This document shows positions 1 to 6,159 of a stretch of DNA of 42,616 bases, piece by piece. Under the pieces are notes generated by a model. That model worked only from the letters and a program-made list of their open reading frames with translations, searched no databases and was not told the origin of the DNA. Each line of letters starts with the position of its first letter. Positions within the stretch are counted from its first letter, which is position 1. Source of the DNA: Acidobacteriaceae bacterium (lineage in GTDB: Bacteria; Acidobacteriota; Terriglobia; Terriglobales; Acidobacteriaceae); NCBI GenBank assembly GCA_035695685.1, contig DASRRN010000715.1, forward strand, positions 1 through 42,616, in the 5' to 3' direction. A program made the position numbers and the translations under genes.

Positions 1-1
1 C

Positions 2-68
2 TCATTTCGCAGGTGATCTGCGGGCCATTCGCGGGTCATTCGCGGGCGATCTGCTGGCCATCTGCTAA
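2..68. repeat. Six head-to-tail ~11-bp repeats (helically phased array)
   Basis: Units are tcatttcgcagg, tgatctgcggg, ccattcgcggg, tcattcgcggg, cgatctgctgg, ccatctgctaa. Units 3 and 4 are identical in 10/11 positions. The array ends 30 bp upstream of a -35-like box. Confidence 0.8.
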
Positions 69-97
69 TTAATGTTGCTCACGGTGCAACGTTTTTC

Positions 98-125
98 TTG
101 ACACTTTATATATACCTGATATATA
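98..125 (+). promoter_or_regulatory. Sigma70-like promoter candidate for the clamp-loader-like gene
   Basis: TTGACA (98-103), 16-nt spacer, TATATA (120-125), in an AT-rich patch within a GC-rich genome. Confidence 0.4.
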
Positions 126-146
126 TGTTGTATTCGTAATCAATCG

Positions 147-174
147 CGGGCCCAGCCCGTACCACTGAAAGGTG
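147..174 (+). promoter_or_regulatory. Conserved 28-nt 5' leader element, copy 1
   Basis: CGGGCCCAGCCCGTACCACTGAAAGGTG is identical to 891-918 and ends 6 nt before ATG 181. It contains the SD-like GAAAGGTG. It can form GGGC-CCA-GCCC and CACU-GAAA-GGUG mini-hairpins. Confidence 0.7.
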
Positions 175-180
175 ACTACC

Positions 181-846
181 ATGTTTGACCTATTCACTAA
201 CTCCCAGCCACAATCCAGCCTAGACTTTCCCGTTTCCCTCACAGAGCGGTACAAACCGCATTCCATCGCAGAGTTTGTAGGCCTCGCCAAACCAAAGGCC
301 TTTTGCGCCAAACTCGCCGCGCGTCCCTATGCTTCCGCATGGCGCTTTGTTGGCCCGAGTGGCACAGGTAAAACCACCATGGCCATGGCGCTTGCGGAGA
401 TGATTCCCGCAGAGGTTCACCACGTCCAATCGCAGGAATGCAACCTAGAGACGCTGGAGCGTGTTTGCCGTACATGCCAATACGTGCCGCGCATGGGCTG
501 CAAGGTGCATTTAATCCTGGTGGATGAGGCCGACCAGATGAGCCCGGCGGCCCAGCTCTATCTGCTCTCTAAGCTGGATGGCACAGAGCAGCTTCCCCAA
601 ACCATCTGGATTTTCACCTGCAACGAAACGGACCGCCTGCAGGATCGTTTCCTATCTCGCACACTCCCCGTGGAATTTTCGAGTTATGGAATCGCTGCTG
701 ATGCTGCCCAGCTCCTGCAGCGCATCTGGAGCGAGAATGCGCCGGCAAACTCGCCTGCTCCTAACTTTGCCCGCCTTGTCAAAGAGTCCAATAACAACGT
801 TCGCGAATCGCTGATGAAATTGGAATTAGAGCTGATGGTGGCCTAG
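181..846 (+). CDS. Clamp-loader-like AAA+ ATPase (RFC small subunit / DnaX-type module, no collar domain)
   Basis: Track ORF is 172..846; ATG 181 is preferred because the SD-like GAAAGGTG lies at 167-174. It has an RYKP..VG box, Walker A GPSGTGKT, Walker B LILVDEAD, sensor-1 FTCNE and an SRC-like LSRT. At about 220 aa it lacks the C-terminal collar. Confidence 0.75.
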   Translation: MFDLFTNSQPQSSLDFPVSLTERYKPHSIAEFVGLAKPKAFCAKLAARPYASAWRFVGPSGTGKTTMAMALAEMIPAEVHHVQSQECNLETLERVCRTCQYVPRMGCKVHLILVDEADQMSPAAQLYLLSKLDGTEQLPQTIWIFTCNETDRLQDRFLSRTLPVEFSSYGIAADAAQLLQRIWSENAPANSPAPNFARLVKESNNNVRESLMKLELELMVA

Positions 847-890
847 TTTCTCGCCGATCGCGCGCCAATCGTCCACGCATTACAACCTAG

Positions 891-918
891 CGGGCCCAGC
901 CCGTACCACTGAAAGGTG
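891..918 (+). promoter_or_regulatory. Conserved 28-nt 5' leader element, copy 2
   Basis: Exact copy of 147-174, again 6 nt upstream of an ATG (925). Confidence 0.7.
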
Positions 919-924
919 CTCACC

Positions 925-1047
925 ATGATGTTCACAAAGTTGTTCCCACTCTCTCTGCTTCTCTCGCTTGCCACAATTGTGGGCGCCGTTATCTATGCGG
1001 TGCTCGCAATAGCTGAACCTCTCACCATCTTGGCTGGGGGTCGCTAA
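925..1047 (+). CDS. Tiny hydrophobic (single-TM) protein, 40 aa
   Basis: Below the ORF-track cut-off. The ATG sits 6 nt after leader copy 2. The product MMFTKLFPLSLLLSLATIVGAVIYAVLAIAEPLTILAGGR is almost all hydrophobic. Its stop overlaps the next ATG (TAATG). Confidence 0.55.
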   Translation: MMFTKLFPLSLLLSLATIVGAVIYAVLAIAEPLTILAGGR

Positions 1048-1190
1048 TGCTGCCCACCCGTCCCTACATCTTTGAGACTGTGTTGCGCACCTGGCCGGCG
1101 ATCGGCTGGCGTGGCGCGTGGCGCATCCTTCGCGCTCTCGTCACTATCGGGTTTTGTATCCTGATGGTCTATCTGGTCATGCTCTTCTAA
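1047..1190 (+). CDS. Tiny membrane protein, 47 aa
   Basis: The start overlaps the previous stop. It has W/R-rich amphipathic N-terminal residues and a C-terminal TM helix (ALVTIGFCILMVYLVMLF). Confidence 0.5.
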   Translation: MLPTRPYIFETVLRTWPAIGWRGAWRILRALVTIGFCILMVYLVMLF

Positions 1191-1232
1191 ATCGCGCTTG
1201 GCCGGCGCGTGATCCCGGCCCTGGAGATAAAT

Positions 1233-1484
1233 ATGCAAAACACATATAAGGGACTAACTGCCCGCACGATCGCCGCGCAAATGATTGCTGATCCTGCCGA
1301 ACCAGCGATCTATCGAGCAACCATCGCAGGAATCTCATATCGCATACTTGCTCACCGCGATACTCTCCCGATGGCCAATGGCACTTATGCCTCTACGCTC
1401 GTACTTGAGACTTATGACGATCGCATCGTATTGAGCTGGGACGGCCAACCTTCCAGTGTTATCTCTGCGACGGTGCGAGCATGA
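1233..1484 (+). CDS. Hypothetical protein, 83 aa
   Basis: Track ORF is 1209..1484. ATG 1233 has GGAGA 6 nt upstream. The stop overlaps the next start (ATGA). Confidence 0.6.
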   Translation: MQNTYKGLTARTIAAQMIADPAEPAIYRATIAGISYRILAHRDTLPMANGTYASTLVLETYDDRIVLSWDGQPSSVISATVRA

Positions 1485-1633
1485 GCAATCCGCCGCATGA
1501 ACCTAAAATCGTCGCGATCGGTTCGTCGGTCCTGATGGGTGCGCGCGTCATTGCGCGCGCCGTCTCTAAGACCATGGCCAAACGCATCGCCAACGCGCTC
1601 AACAAACACATCCCAAACCGGGAGGGAGTCTAG
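1481..1633 (+). CDS. Hypothetical small basic protein, 50 aa
   Basis: Below the track cut-off. It has an ATGA overlap with the upstream stop and ends 2 nt before ATG 1636, so the packing argues for coding. Confidence 0.5.
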   Translation: MSNPPHEPKIVAIGSSVLMGARVIARAVSKTMAKRIANALNKHIPNREGV

Positions 1634-1635
1634 TC

Positions 1636-1905
1636 ATGGATCAACCTATCAAATCGCTCGCATGGCAGCCTGGCGGGATCCTCGGTCCACTTAAGGATGG
1701 TCATTATGTCCAGGTGGGCATGGGCGTGGGTTTCTATGTTCCCGAGGCTGATTTTCAGACCGTTCAGCGCCTAGCCAACGAAACCGGCAAAGTGCAGTTT
1801 CTCTCAGTCGATCGCCTCGGCCGGCCGCTCCGCGGATCTCGCGAGGAGCTGCTGGCTAATCCTGAGTGCGCCGGCGTCATTGCCTGGATCACTCCCGGCG
1901 CGTAG
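1636..1905 (+). CDS. Hypothetical protein, 89 aa
   Basis: Track ORF with a strong SD, GGAGGGAG, at 1621-1628. Confidence 0.65.
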   Translation: MDQPIKSLAWQPGGILGPLKDGHYVQVGMGVGFYVPEADFQTVQRLANETGKVQFLSVDRLGRPLRGSREELLANPECAGVIAWITPGA

Positions 1906-1933
1906 TGTTGAGCTAATCAGTAAACCAAGGTTT

Positions 1934-1972
1934 GGCCGGCATCCACATCGCAGCGGATGCCGGCCGATTTTT
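1934..1972 (+). terminator. Rho-independent terminator
   Basis: Perfect 11-bp stem GGCCGGCATCC / GGATGCCGGCC (1934-1944 / 1955-1965) followed by GATTTTTG. Confidence 0.75.
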
Positions 1973-1973
1973 G

Positions 1974-2053
1974 TTATTACGTAATTACATTATTACGCCC
2001 ATATTCCTATGCGCCGTATATCTCTTGTATATATCCCGCCGCGCTGCTATATA
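1974..2053 (+). promoter_or_regulatory. parA promoter/operator region
   Basis: AT-rich region. TTATTACG direct repeat at 1974 and 1990; palindrome ATTACGTAAT at 1976-1985; TTGTAT (2025-2030), 17 nt, TATATA (2048-2053). Confidence 0.45.
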
Positions 2054-2084
2054 TAAGGCGGATCCGATCGGAGGGATCCGCTTG

Positions 2085-2777
2085 ATGATTCTCACGGTAG
2101 GTAACACCAAAGGCGGGGTCGGCAAAACCACTCTCGCCATCAATCTGACCATCGCTCTTGCCCTGGACGGCGCCGACGTTCTTCTGATCGACGGCGATGA
2201 GCAAGGCACTGCCATGGCCTTTACAGAGCTGAGGAGCGCGCGCCGGCCTGGTGGCGCCGGTTATACCGCGGTTGCTCTCCACGGCGCCGCTATACGCACC
2301 CAGGTGCGCCAGCTGCAATCCAAATACGATCACATCCTGATCGATGTGGGCGGGCGCGATTCCGGCTCTCTGCGCGCCGCGCTCACCGTCTCGAACTGGG
2401 TGCTTATTCCCACCGCGCCGCGCTCGTTCGATCTGTGGGGCGTCGGCCAGACCGCCGATCTGGTGCTCGAGGCGCGCGAAATCAACGCCAATCTCAACGC
2501 CGCGGCCGTCCTCAATGGTGCGGATCCGCGCGGCCGTGACAATCTCGAGGCCCAGGCTGAGCTGGAGCAACTGCAGGGCATTGTAGCTATGCCGTATCGC
2601 CTGGTGCGCCGCAAGGCCTACCCAGACGCTGCAGCACAGGGCCTGGGCGTGGTTGAGCTGCCCGCGCACAATCAGGCCGGCCTTGAGTTTAACCAGCTGC
2701 TCGATTTTCTCTTTGAACCTCAAAGAAACTGGAAAGGAAACTATGACGATTGCACGCAATCCGAAAAAGAAGTCTGA
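2085..2777 (+). CDS. parA: ParA/Soj-family partition ATPase
   Basis: Deviant Walker A, GNTKGGVGKTT, right at the N-terminus (MILTVGNTKGGVGKTTLAINL), followed by LIDGDEQG. SD GGAGGGA at 2070-2076. The track start 1932 would read through the terminator hairpin, so it is rejected. Confidence 0.85.
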   Translation: MILTVGNTKGGVGKTTLAINLTIALALDGADVLLIDGDEQGTAMAFTELRSARRPGGAGYTAVALHGAAIRTQVRQLQSKYDHILIDVGGRDSGSLRAALTVSNWVLIPTAPRSFDLWGVGQTADLVLEAREINANLNAAAVLNGADPRGRDNLEAQAELEQLQGIVAMPYRLVRRKAYPDAAAQGLGVVELPAHNQAGLEFNQLLDFLFEPQRNWKGNYDDCTQSEKEV

Positions 2778-2976
2778 TGTCAAAGCCGATCGCAAGGCCA
2801 GCAAATTTATAGCGGGATCCACGAACGGCGCCGGCCGCGACCTGGTGCCGGTGCTCATCAACCTCGATCGCGCGTTTCTCAAGCGCGTCGACGCCGCCGC
2901 CGTGGTGCGTGGGCTCAGTCGTACCGGCTTTGTCACCTCCGTGCTCGGCGATCGCCTGGCGAGCGAGGGGCAATAG
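2743..2976 (+). CDS. Ribbon-helix-helix DNA-binding protein, ParG-like partner of ParA
   Basis: ATG 2743 lies inside track ORF 2653..2976, with GGAAAGGAAA upstream. The product has a basic flexible N-terminus, then an RHH pattern (VLINLDRAFLKRVDAAAVVRGLSRTGFVTSVLGDRL). It overlaps the parA 3' end by 35 nt. Confidence 0.65.
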   Translation: MTIARNPKKKSDVKADRKASKFIAGSTNGAGRDLVPVLINLDRAFLKRVDAAAVVRGLSRTGFVTSVLGDRLASEGQ

Positions 2977-3615
2977 TCCGACTTTCCCCGTACCAGACAG
3001 TTAGTCTGTTCCCGGAGATCCGGCAAAGCGGGAGGGGTGGGTCCGGGAGGGGAACCGAAGCGGTTTTCCTCCCGGAAGCCCCAGTTTCAGCAAACACCTG
3101 GCCGCTAGCCGCGAACCTAATAAATCCCAAGAATCGATCTGCCCTCGTTTTACAGGGTTTTTGCTCTGTTCACGGACCGGGGCGCAAGTCGTCAGCGTAG
3201 CCCGGAAAACCCGCCTTCCGGCAGGCAAACCCTTTACGGCGCAGTTCTCCCCATCCCCGTTGGGCGCTTCACCGCGGCGACAAGGCCATCAACGGCCGGG
3301 CGCTTACTTTGCTGGGGCTAAACTCTCACGGATTGTTTGTTGGGCGCTTCACAGCCACACTCATCCTGTACGCGTGTGCCCACCCCTGGGATGAAGTCAC
3401 CATGCAGAGGCGCGGCCAAGCGCAGCATCGAAAAGGTCTGGATTTTGTTTGGGTGTTGAATGAGTAACCTTCGCAATCTTGTCTTGGCACTTCCACGGTT
3501 GCAAGCGGTGCCGGGGCGTGTCAATATGAATCCGTGGGGGTGTAATGCCTCCGATGGTTCCTTTCCTCTCTTGTCTTGGCGGATTAGATAGAAAAGGCAC
3601 CCTCACAAACATCAA
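2977..3615. other. 639-nt ORF-free region (candidate centromere / structured ncRNA)
   Basis: No ORF here has a start/SD context. The region lies between convergent transcription units and carries several short direct repeats and GC stems (see findings). Confidence 0.6.
3259..3352. repeat. Direct repeats GTTGGGCGCTTCAC x2 plus one partial copy
   Basis: The exact 14-mer occurs at 3259-3272 and 3339-3352, 80 nt apart. A partial copy, GGGCGCTTAC, is at 3298-3307. Confidence 0.8.
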
Positions 3616-3647
3616 GGCCGGCACCCATCAGGGCAGCCGGCCTTTCT
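3616..3647. terminator. GC hairpin, likely terminator of the minus-strand operon (possibly bidirectional)
   Basis: Stem GGCCGGC / GCCGGCC (3616-3622 / 3636-3642). The flank is T-rich on the minus strand (TTGATGTTTG) and TTTCT on the plus strand. It lies about 25 nt downstream of the minus-strand stop at 3667. Confidence 0.55.
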
Positions 3648-3648
3648 G

Positions 3649-3660
3649 CTGTATATACAG
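3649..3660. promoter_or_regulatory. Perfect 12-bp palindrome CTGTATATACAG
   Basis: Seen directly in the sequence, between the stop at 3667 and the hairpin. Function unknown. Confidence 0.35.
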
Positions 3661-3666
3661 AAGCTA

Positions 3667-3804
3667 TTACGGTGTGTTTTCAAAAAGCCAGCGGAGCCGT
3701 TGGTCACTCTCGCGCGAGAAACGGCCTGCGGCAAATTCGATGAAAATCGCCTTACAGTGCAGGATGGCTGCGAGCGTCCGCGCGTCGATCCTCTTCCAGT
3801 ACAT
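3667..3804 (-). CDS. Hypothetical small protein, 45 aa
   Basis: Internal ATG of track ORF 3667..3882, 2 nt after the stop of the upstream gene. GAAGGGA is upstream. The sequence looks helical (MYWKRIDARTLAAILHCKAIFIEF...). Confidence 0.45.
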   Translation of the reverse strand: MYWKRIDARTLAAILHCKAIFIEFAAGRFSRESDQRLRWLFENTP

Positions 3805-3806
3805 CG

Positions 3807-4142
3807 CTAATCGTCCCTTCGCTCTGCACACTTGCCGGCGATCGGTATGTTGTGCTTTGTGCCGTCCACTCCCTCCATCCACTTTCGGCCGCGCTCAAGA
3901 TAGCGGATGAACTCGACAACATTACTCTGAGCCAGGGCCACCAGCTTGCTGTGGTCCTCTTCGTATGCGATTAGCAGAGAGGTATTGAAGGGAAACATCG
4001 GAGGCGCCAGCGCTCCGCCGGCTTTCAGAGATTCGAGCGAGATCGGATCCGCCTTCTGCATCCGTCCCAGGTTGTCCGGTTCGATCACCACCACAATCAG
4101 GGTGCGCTTCTCTTCCGGTAAATTGAATATTCCACAAATCAT
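3807..4142 (-). CDS. Hypothetical protein, 111 aa
   Basis: Track ORF is 3807..4208. ATG 4142 (MICGIFNL...) forms an ATGA overlap with the DnaC-like stop. Confidence 0.6.
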   Translation of the reverse strand: MICGIFNLPEEKRTLIVVVIEPDNLGRMQKADPISLESLKAGGALAPPMFPFNTSLLIAYEEDHSKLVALAQSNVVEFIRYLERGRKWMEGVDGTKHNIPIAGKCAERRDD

Positions 4143-4975
4143 CGTTTCATTCTCCAGTCCGGTCCCGTCATGTCGACACTCACGCACATCTCCTGCAGCC
4201 GGCTCCACATGCGCATCCCGATGCGATCGCCCAGCGTCTCCTGACGTGTGGCGCGCGCGTACTCATTTTGTACATTTGTTACATTTCCGCCTGCCGGCAA
4301 ATTGGCCAGGTTGGTGGTTACGATCACGGGCACTATACGGTTGTATAGTCCTCCGATCAGTAGCTCGATGGTCTCAAACACCCAATCGCTCGGCCGAGCC
4401 GCGCCCAGCTCGTCAATCACCACCAGGTCTGCATTTAAAAGCGGGGCCAGAATCTGAGCCTGGCTTTCCTTGGCATCATCTCCATAGCTCGATCGCAATC
4501 GATCCAGGAGCTCGCGCACGTCGACAAAGCGGCCGTAGATTCCCTTCTCCTCAATCAGTTGGCGTAGCGCCGCCGCGGCCAGGTGCGTCTTGCCTACTCC
4601 CACACTGCCTGTAAGCATCAGGCCAAGTGTCCGCGGATTGGCAGCCAAACCGGGTACAAACTCGCGCACAAACTGCAGGCTCGTCATCATCGCCTTAGTA
4701 GTGGTTTCCGTCTTTTTGAAATTCTGAAAGCTGGCCTCGAGGTAGCCGGCCGGGATCCGCGATCGCGCAATCATCGCCTTATACCGCTGCGATGTCTGGC
4801 ACCTGCAGGGCGCCGAGCAGCGCACTCCGTCGACCAGGCGCGGCACCAGGCCGATGCCTCCGCATTCCGCGCATGCCGTCATGGTTTCGGGCGCGACCGC
4901 CGTCTGGTTTCGTTGACGAGGATCTTCAGGGCATCTGGATTCATTTTTCCCAGCTGAGCCGCTCCGCCCAGGCAT
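4139..4975 (-). CDS. DnaC/IstB-like AAA+ helicase loader with N-terminal Cys cluster
   Basis: Walker A GSVGVGKTHL, Walker B LVVIDELG, sensor VIVTTNL. The N-terminus has CAECGG..C..C.C. The start is ambiguous (4975 or 4882). Confidence 0.8.
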   Translation of the reverse strand: MPGRSGSAGKNESRCPEDPRQRNQTAVAPETMTACAECGGIGLVPRLVDGVRCSAPCRCQTSQRYKAMIARSRIPAGYLEASFQNFKKTETTTKAMMTSLQFVREFVPGLAANPRTLGLMLTGSVGVGKTHLAAAALRQLIEEKGIYGRFVDVRELLDRLRSSYGDDAKESQAQILAPLLNADLVVIDELGAARPSDWVFETIELLIGGLYNRIVPVIVTTNLANLPAGGNVTNVQNEYARATRQETLGDRIGMRMWSRLQEMCVSVDMTGPDWRMKR

Positions 4976-5073
4976 TGAATTTGCTTGAGCTTGAGGCCTA
5001 GCTTTTTTGCCAGCGCACTGTTAGCCGAGGGCGGGGCCCCGCGATGTGAATTGTGCACGCCTCTGGGCATGGC

Positions 5074-5415
5074 TCAGTTCGCCTTCGCGGCGGCGTTGCC
5101 GGGTCTGATTATCCCCGCGATTGGCACAATAGCCGCATGCGCGAACACGACCCCGGCAGTAGCGGCCTGGAGTGCAGCCCAGCGCGTGTTAAACAATGCT
5201 GCATCCTGGGGCCGGGGCGTCCGCTCGATCTGGCCGGATACCGGACTGGGACCGGCGTAATAGCTCAGATCAGCAAGGCGGATCACGAATAACTGATCTT
5301 CCTGGCCAGGCCCCATCAGGACACCTGGCGGTAGTTGGTAATCGCATTGCGGTTTCGACTCTGGATCCGCGCCTACAAAGAAGAGCTTGAGTTTCTTCCA
5401 AAGATTTTTCAGCAT
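5074..5415 (-). CDS. Hypothetical protein, 113 aa
   Basis: Track ORF is 5074..5613. ATG 5415 (MLKNLWKK...) has GAGGAG 7 nt upstream and overlaps the upstream stop. Confidence 0.55.
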   Translation of the reverse strand: MLKNLWKKLKLFFVGADPESKPQCDYQLPPGVLMGPGQEDQLFVIRLADLSYYAGPSPVSGQIERTPRPQDAALFNTRWAALQAATAGVVFAHAAIVPIAGIIRPGNAAAKAN

Positions 5416-5681
5416 CGAAATCTCCTCAGATCTCGTTCTAAAAGTTCTATTACTTGTTCCATGGTGGCCTCGGGCATGCGGATCCCATGGTGTATCCAAC
5501 CGCCAAATTTTTGAGGCGCCAACTTCCCAACACAATCTGGGCAAATTAATAGCGCGCCCTCTAGCCGCGCCGCCTTCGCGGTTCCTTTTGTGGGCCAGAT
5601 TGAGATGTGACACTGGTCACACCAAGCCAGCTCCGCATTGAGCAGCGATATAGTTCCGCAAATGATGAAGCATTTCTCCAA
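5409..5681 (-). CDS. Small Cys-rich (Zn-ribbon-like) protein, 90 aa
   Basis: The Cys pairs C..C and CPDC are separated by about 35 aa. The start is 2 nt after the upstream stop. Confidence 0.55.
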   Translation of the reverse strand: MEKCFIICGTISLLNAELAWCDQCHISIWPTKGTAKAARLEGALLICPDCVGKLAPQKFGGWIHHGIRMPEATMEQVIELLERDLRRFRC

Positions 5682-5682
5682 A

Positions 5683-6159
5683 TCAAATATCCTTCAGCGA
5701 AATTTGATTCCCGTCTTTGTTGATAAGTCCGGCTTTGTTGAGCTGGTAGACGATCCCCGGCACACTGCCTCGCGCGCAGCCGATGTGGATCCGCAATTGC
5801 GTTTGAGTCAGCGAACCATGCAGCAGGAGCGCATCGATTGCCTTCGCCGTCTGCCCGCCCAGCCTTTGTTTCCAGCTCTCCCAGGCTGCGCTAGATTTTT
5901 GCGCCTGCGGGTGGCTTTGCCTGGCTTCAATATCTAACGCGTCAATCTCGCCAAAAACCATCTGCAGGCCGCGGAACAATGGCTCAAGCACTTGGCGCAA
6001 TTGTGCAACGCCAACCTCGAGAGCGTGAGTTTTCTTGCGCTCATCGCGCAGCTGTTTCTCGAGGTCTCTTAATTGCTCGTTGCGGTTCGCCAGTTCCTGC
6101 TGCAGCGAGCGCATTTGGGCCTGCGCATCCGGCATCGCATTCAAGATAGAAAGGCTCAT
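5683..6159 (-). CDS. Coiled-coil protein with C-terminal winged-helix DNA-binding domain
   Basis: The N-terminus is heptad-like (LQQELANRNEQLRDLEKQLRDERKK). The C-terminus is wHTH-like (SLTQTQLRIHIGCARGSVPGIVYQLNKAGLINKDGNQISL). Confidence 0.6.
   Translation of the reverse strand: MSLSILNAMPDAQAQMRSLQQELANRNEQLRDLEKQLRDERKKTHALEVGVAQLRQVLEPLFRGLQMVFGEIDALDIEARQSHPQAQKSSAAWESWKQRLGGQTAKAIDALLLHGSLTQTQLRIHIGCARGSVPGIVYQLNKAGLINKDGNQISLKDI

Noticed and set aside
1-74. Small ORF spanning the window junction (ATG 42614, continuing MLISQVICGPFAGHSRAICWPSAN to TAA 72-74 if circular)
   Set aside because: It depends on unverified circularity. It coincides with the 11-bp tandem repeats, which explain the periodic sequence better than coding does.
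1932-2084. N-terminal extension of ParA given by the ORF track (start 1932)
   Set aside because: It would translate through an 11-bp-stem terminator and the AT-rich promoter region. ParA Walker A motifs sit at the extreme N-terminus, and ATG 2085 has a GGAGGGA SD.
2007-3026. 339-aa minus-strand ORF
   Set aside because: It is antisense to the well-supported parA and RHH genes. The product is Arg/Ala/Gly-rich and low in complexity, as expected for spurious ORFs in GC-rich DNA. It has no SD or coupling context.
3259-3580. Possible CRISPR mini-array (spaced direct repeats)
   Set aside because: The repeats are only 11-14 nt with 2-3 copies, and the flanks are not conserved. There is no cas gene or leader-like structure. 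They are better treated as protein-binding or RNA elements.
3545-3910. 121-aa plus-strand ORF inside or next to the non-coding region (also 3161..3394, 3318..3524 and 3397..3624)
   Set aside because: None has an SD. The 121-aa ORF runs through the GC hairpin and palindrome and into the antisense of real genes. The compositions are not protein-like.
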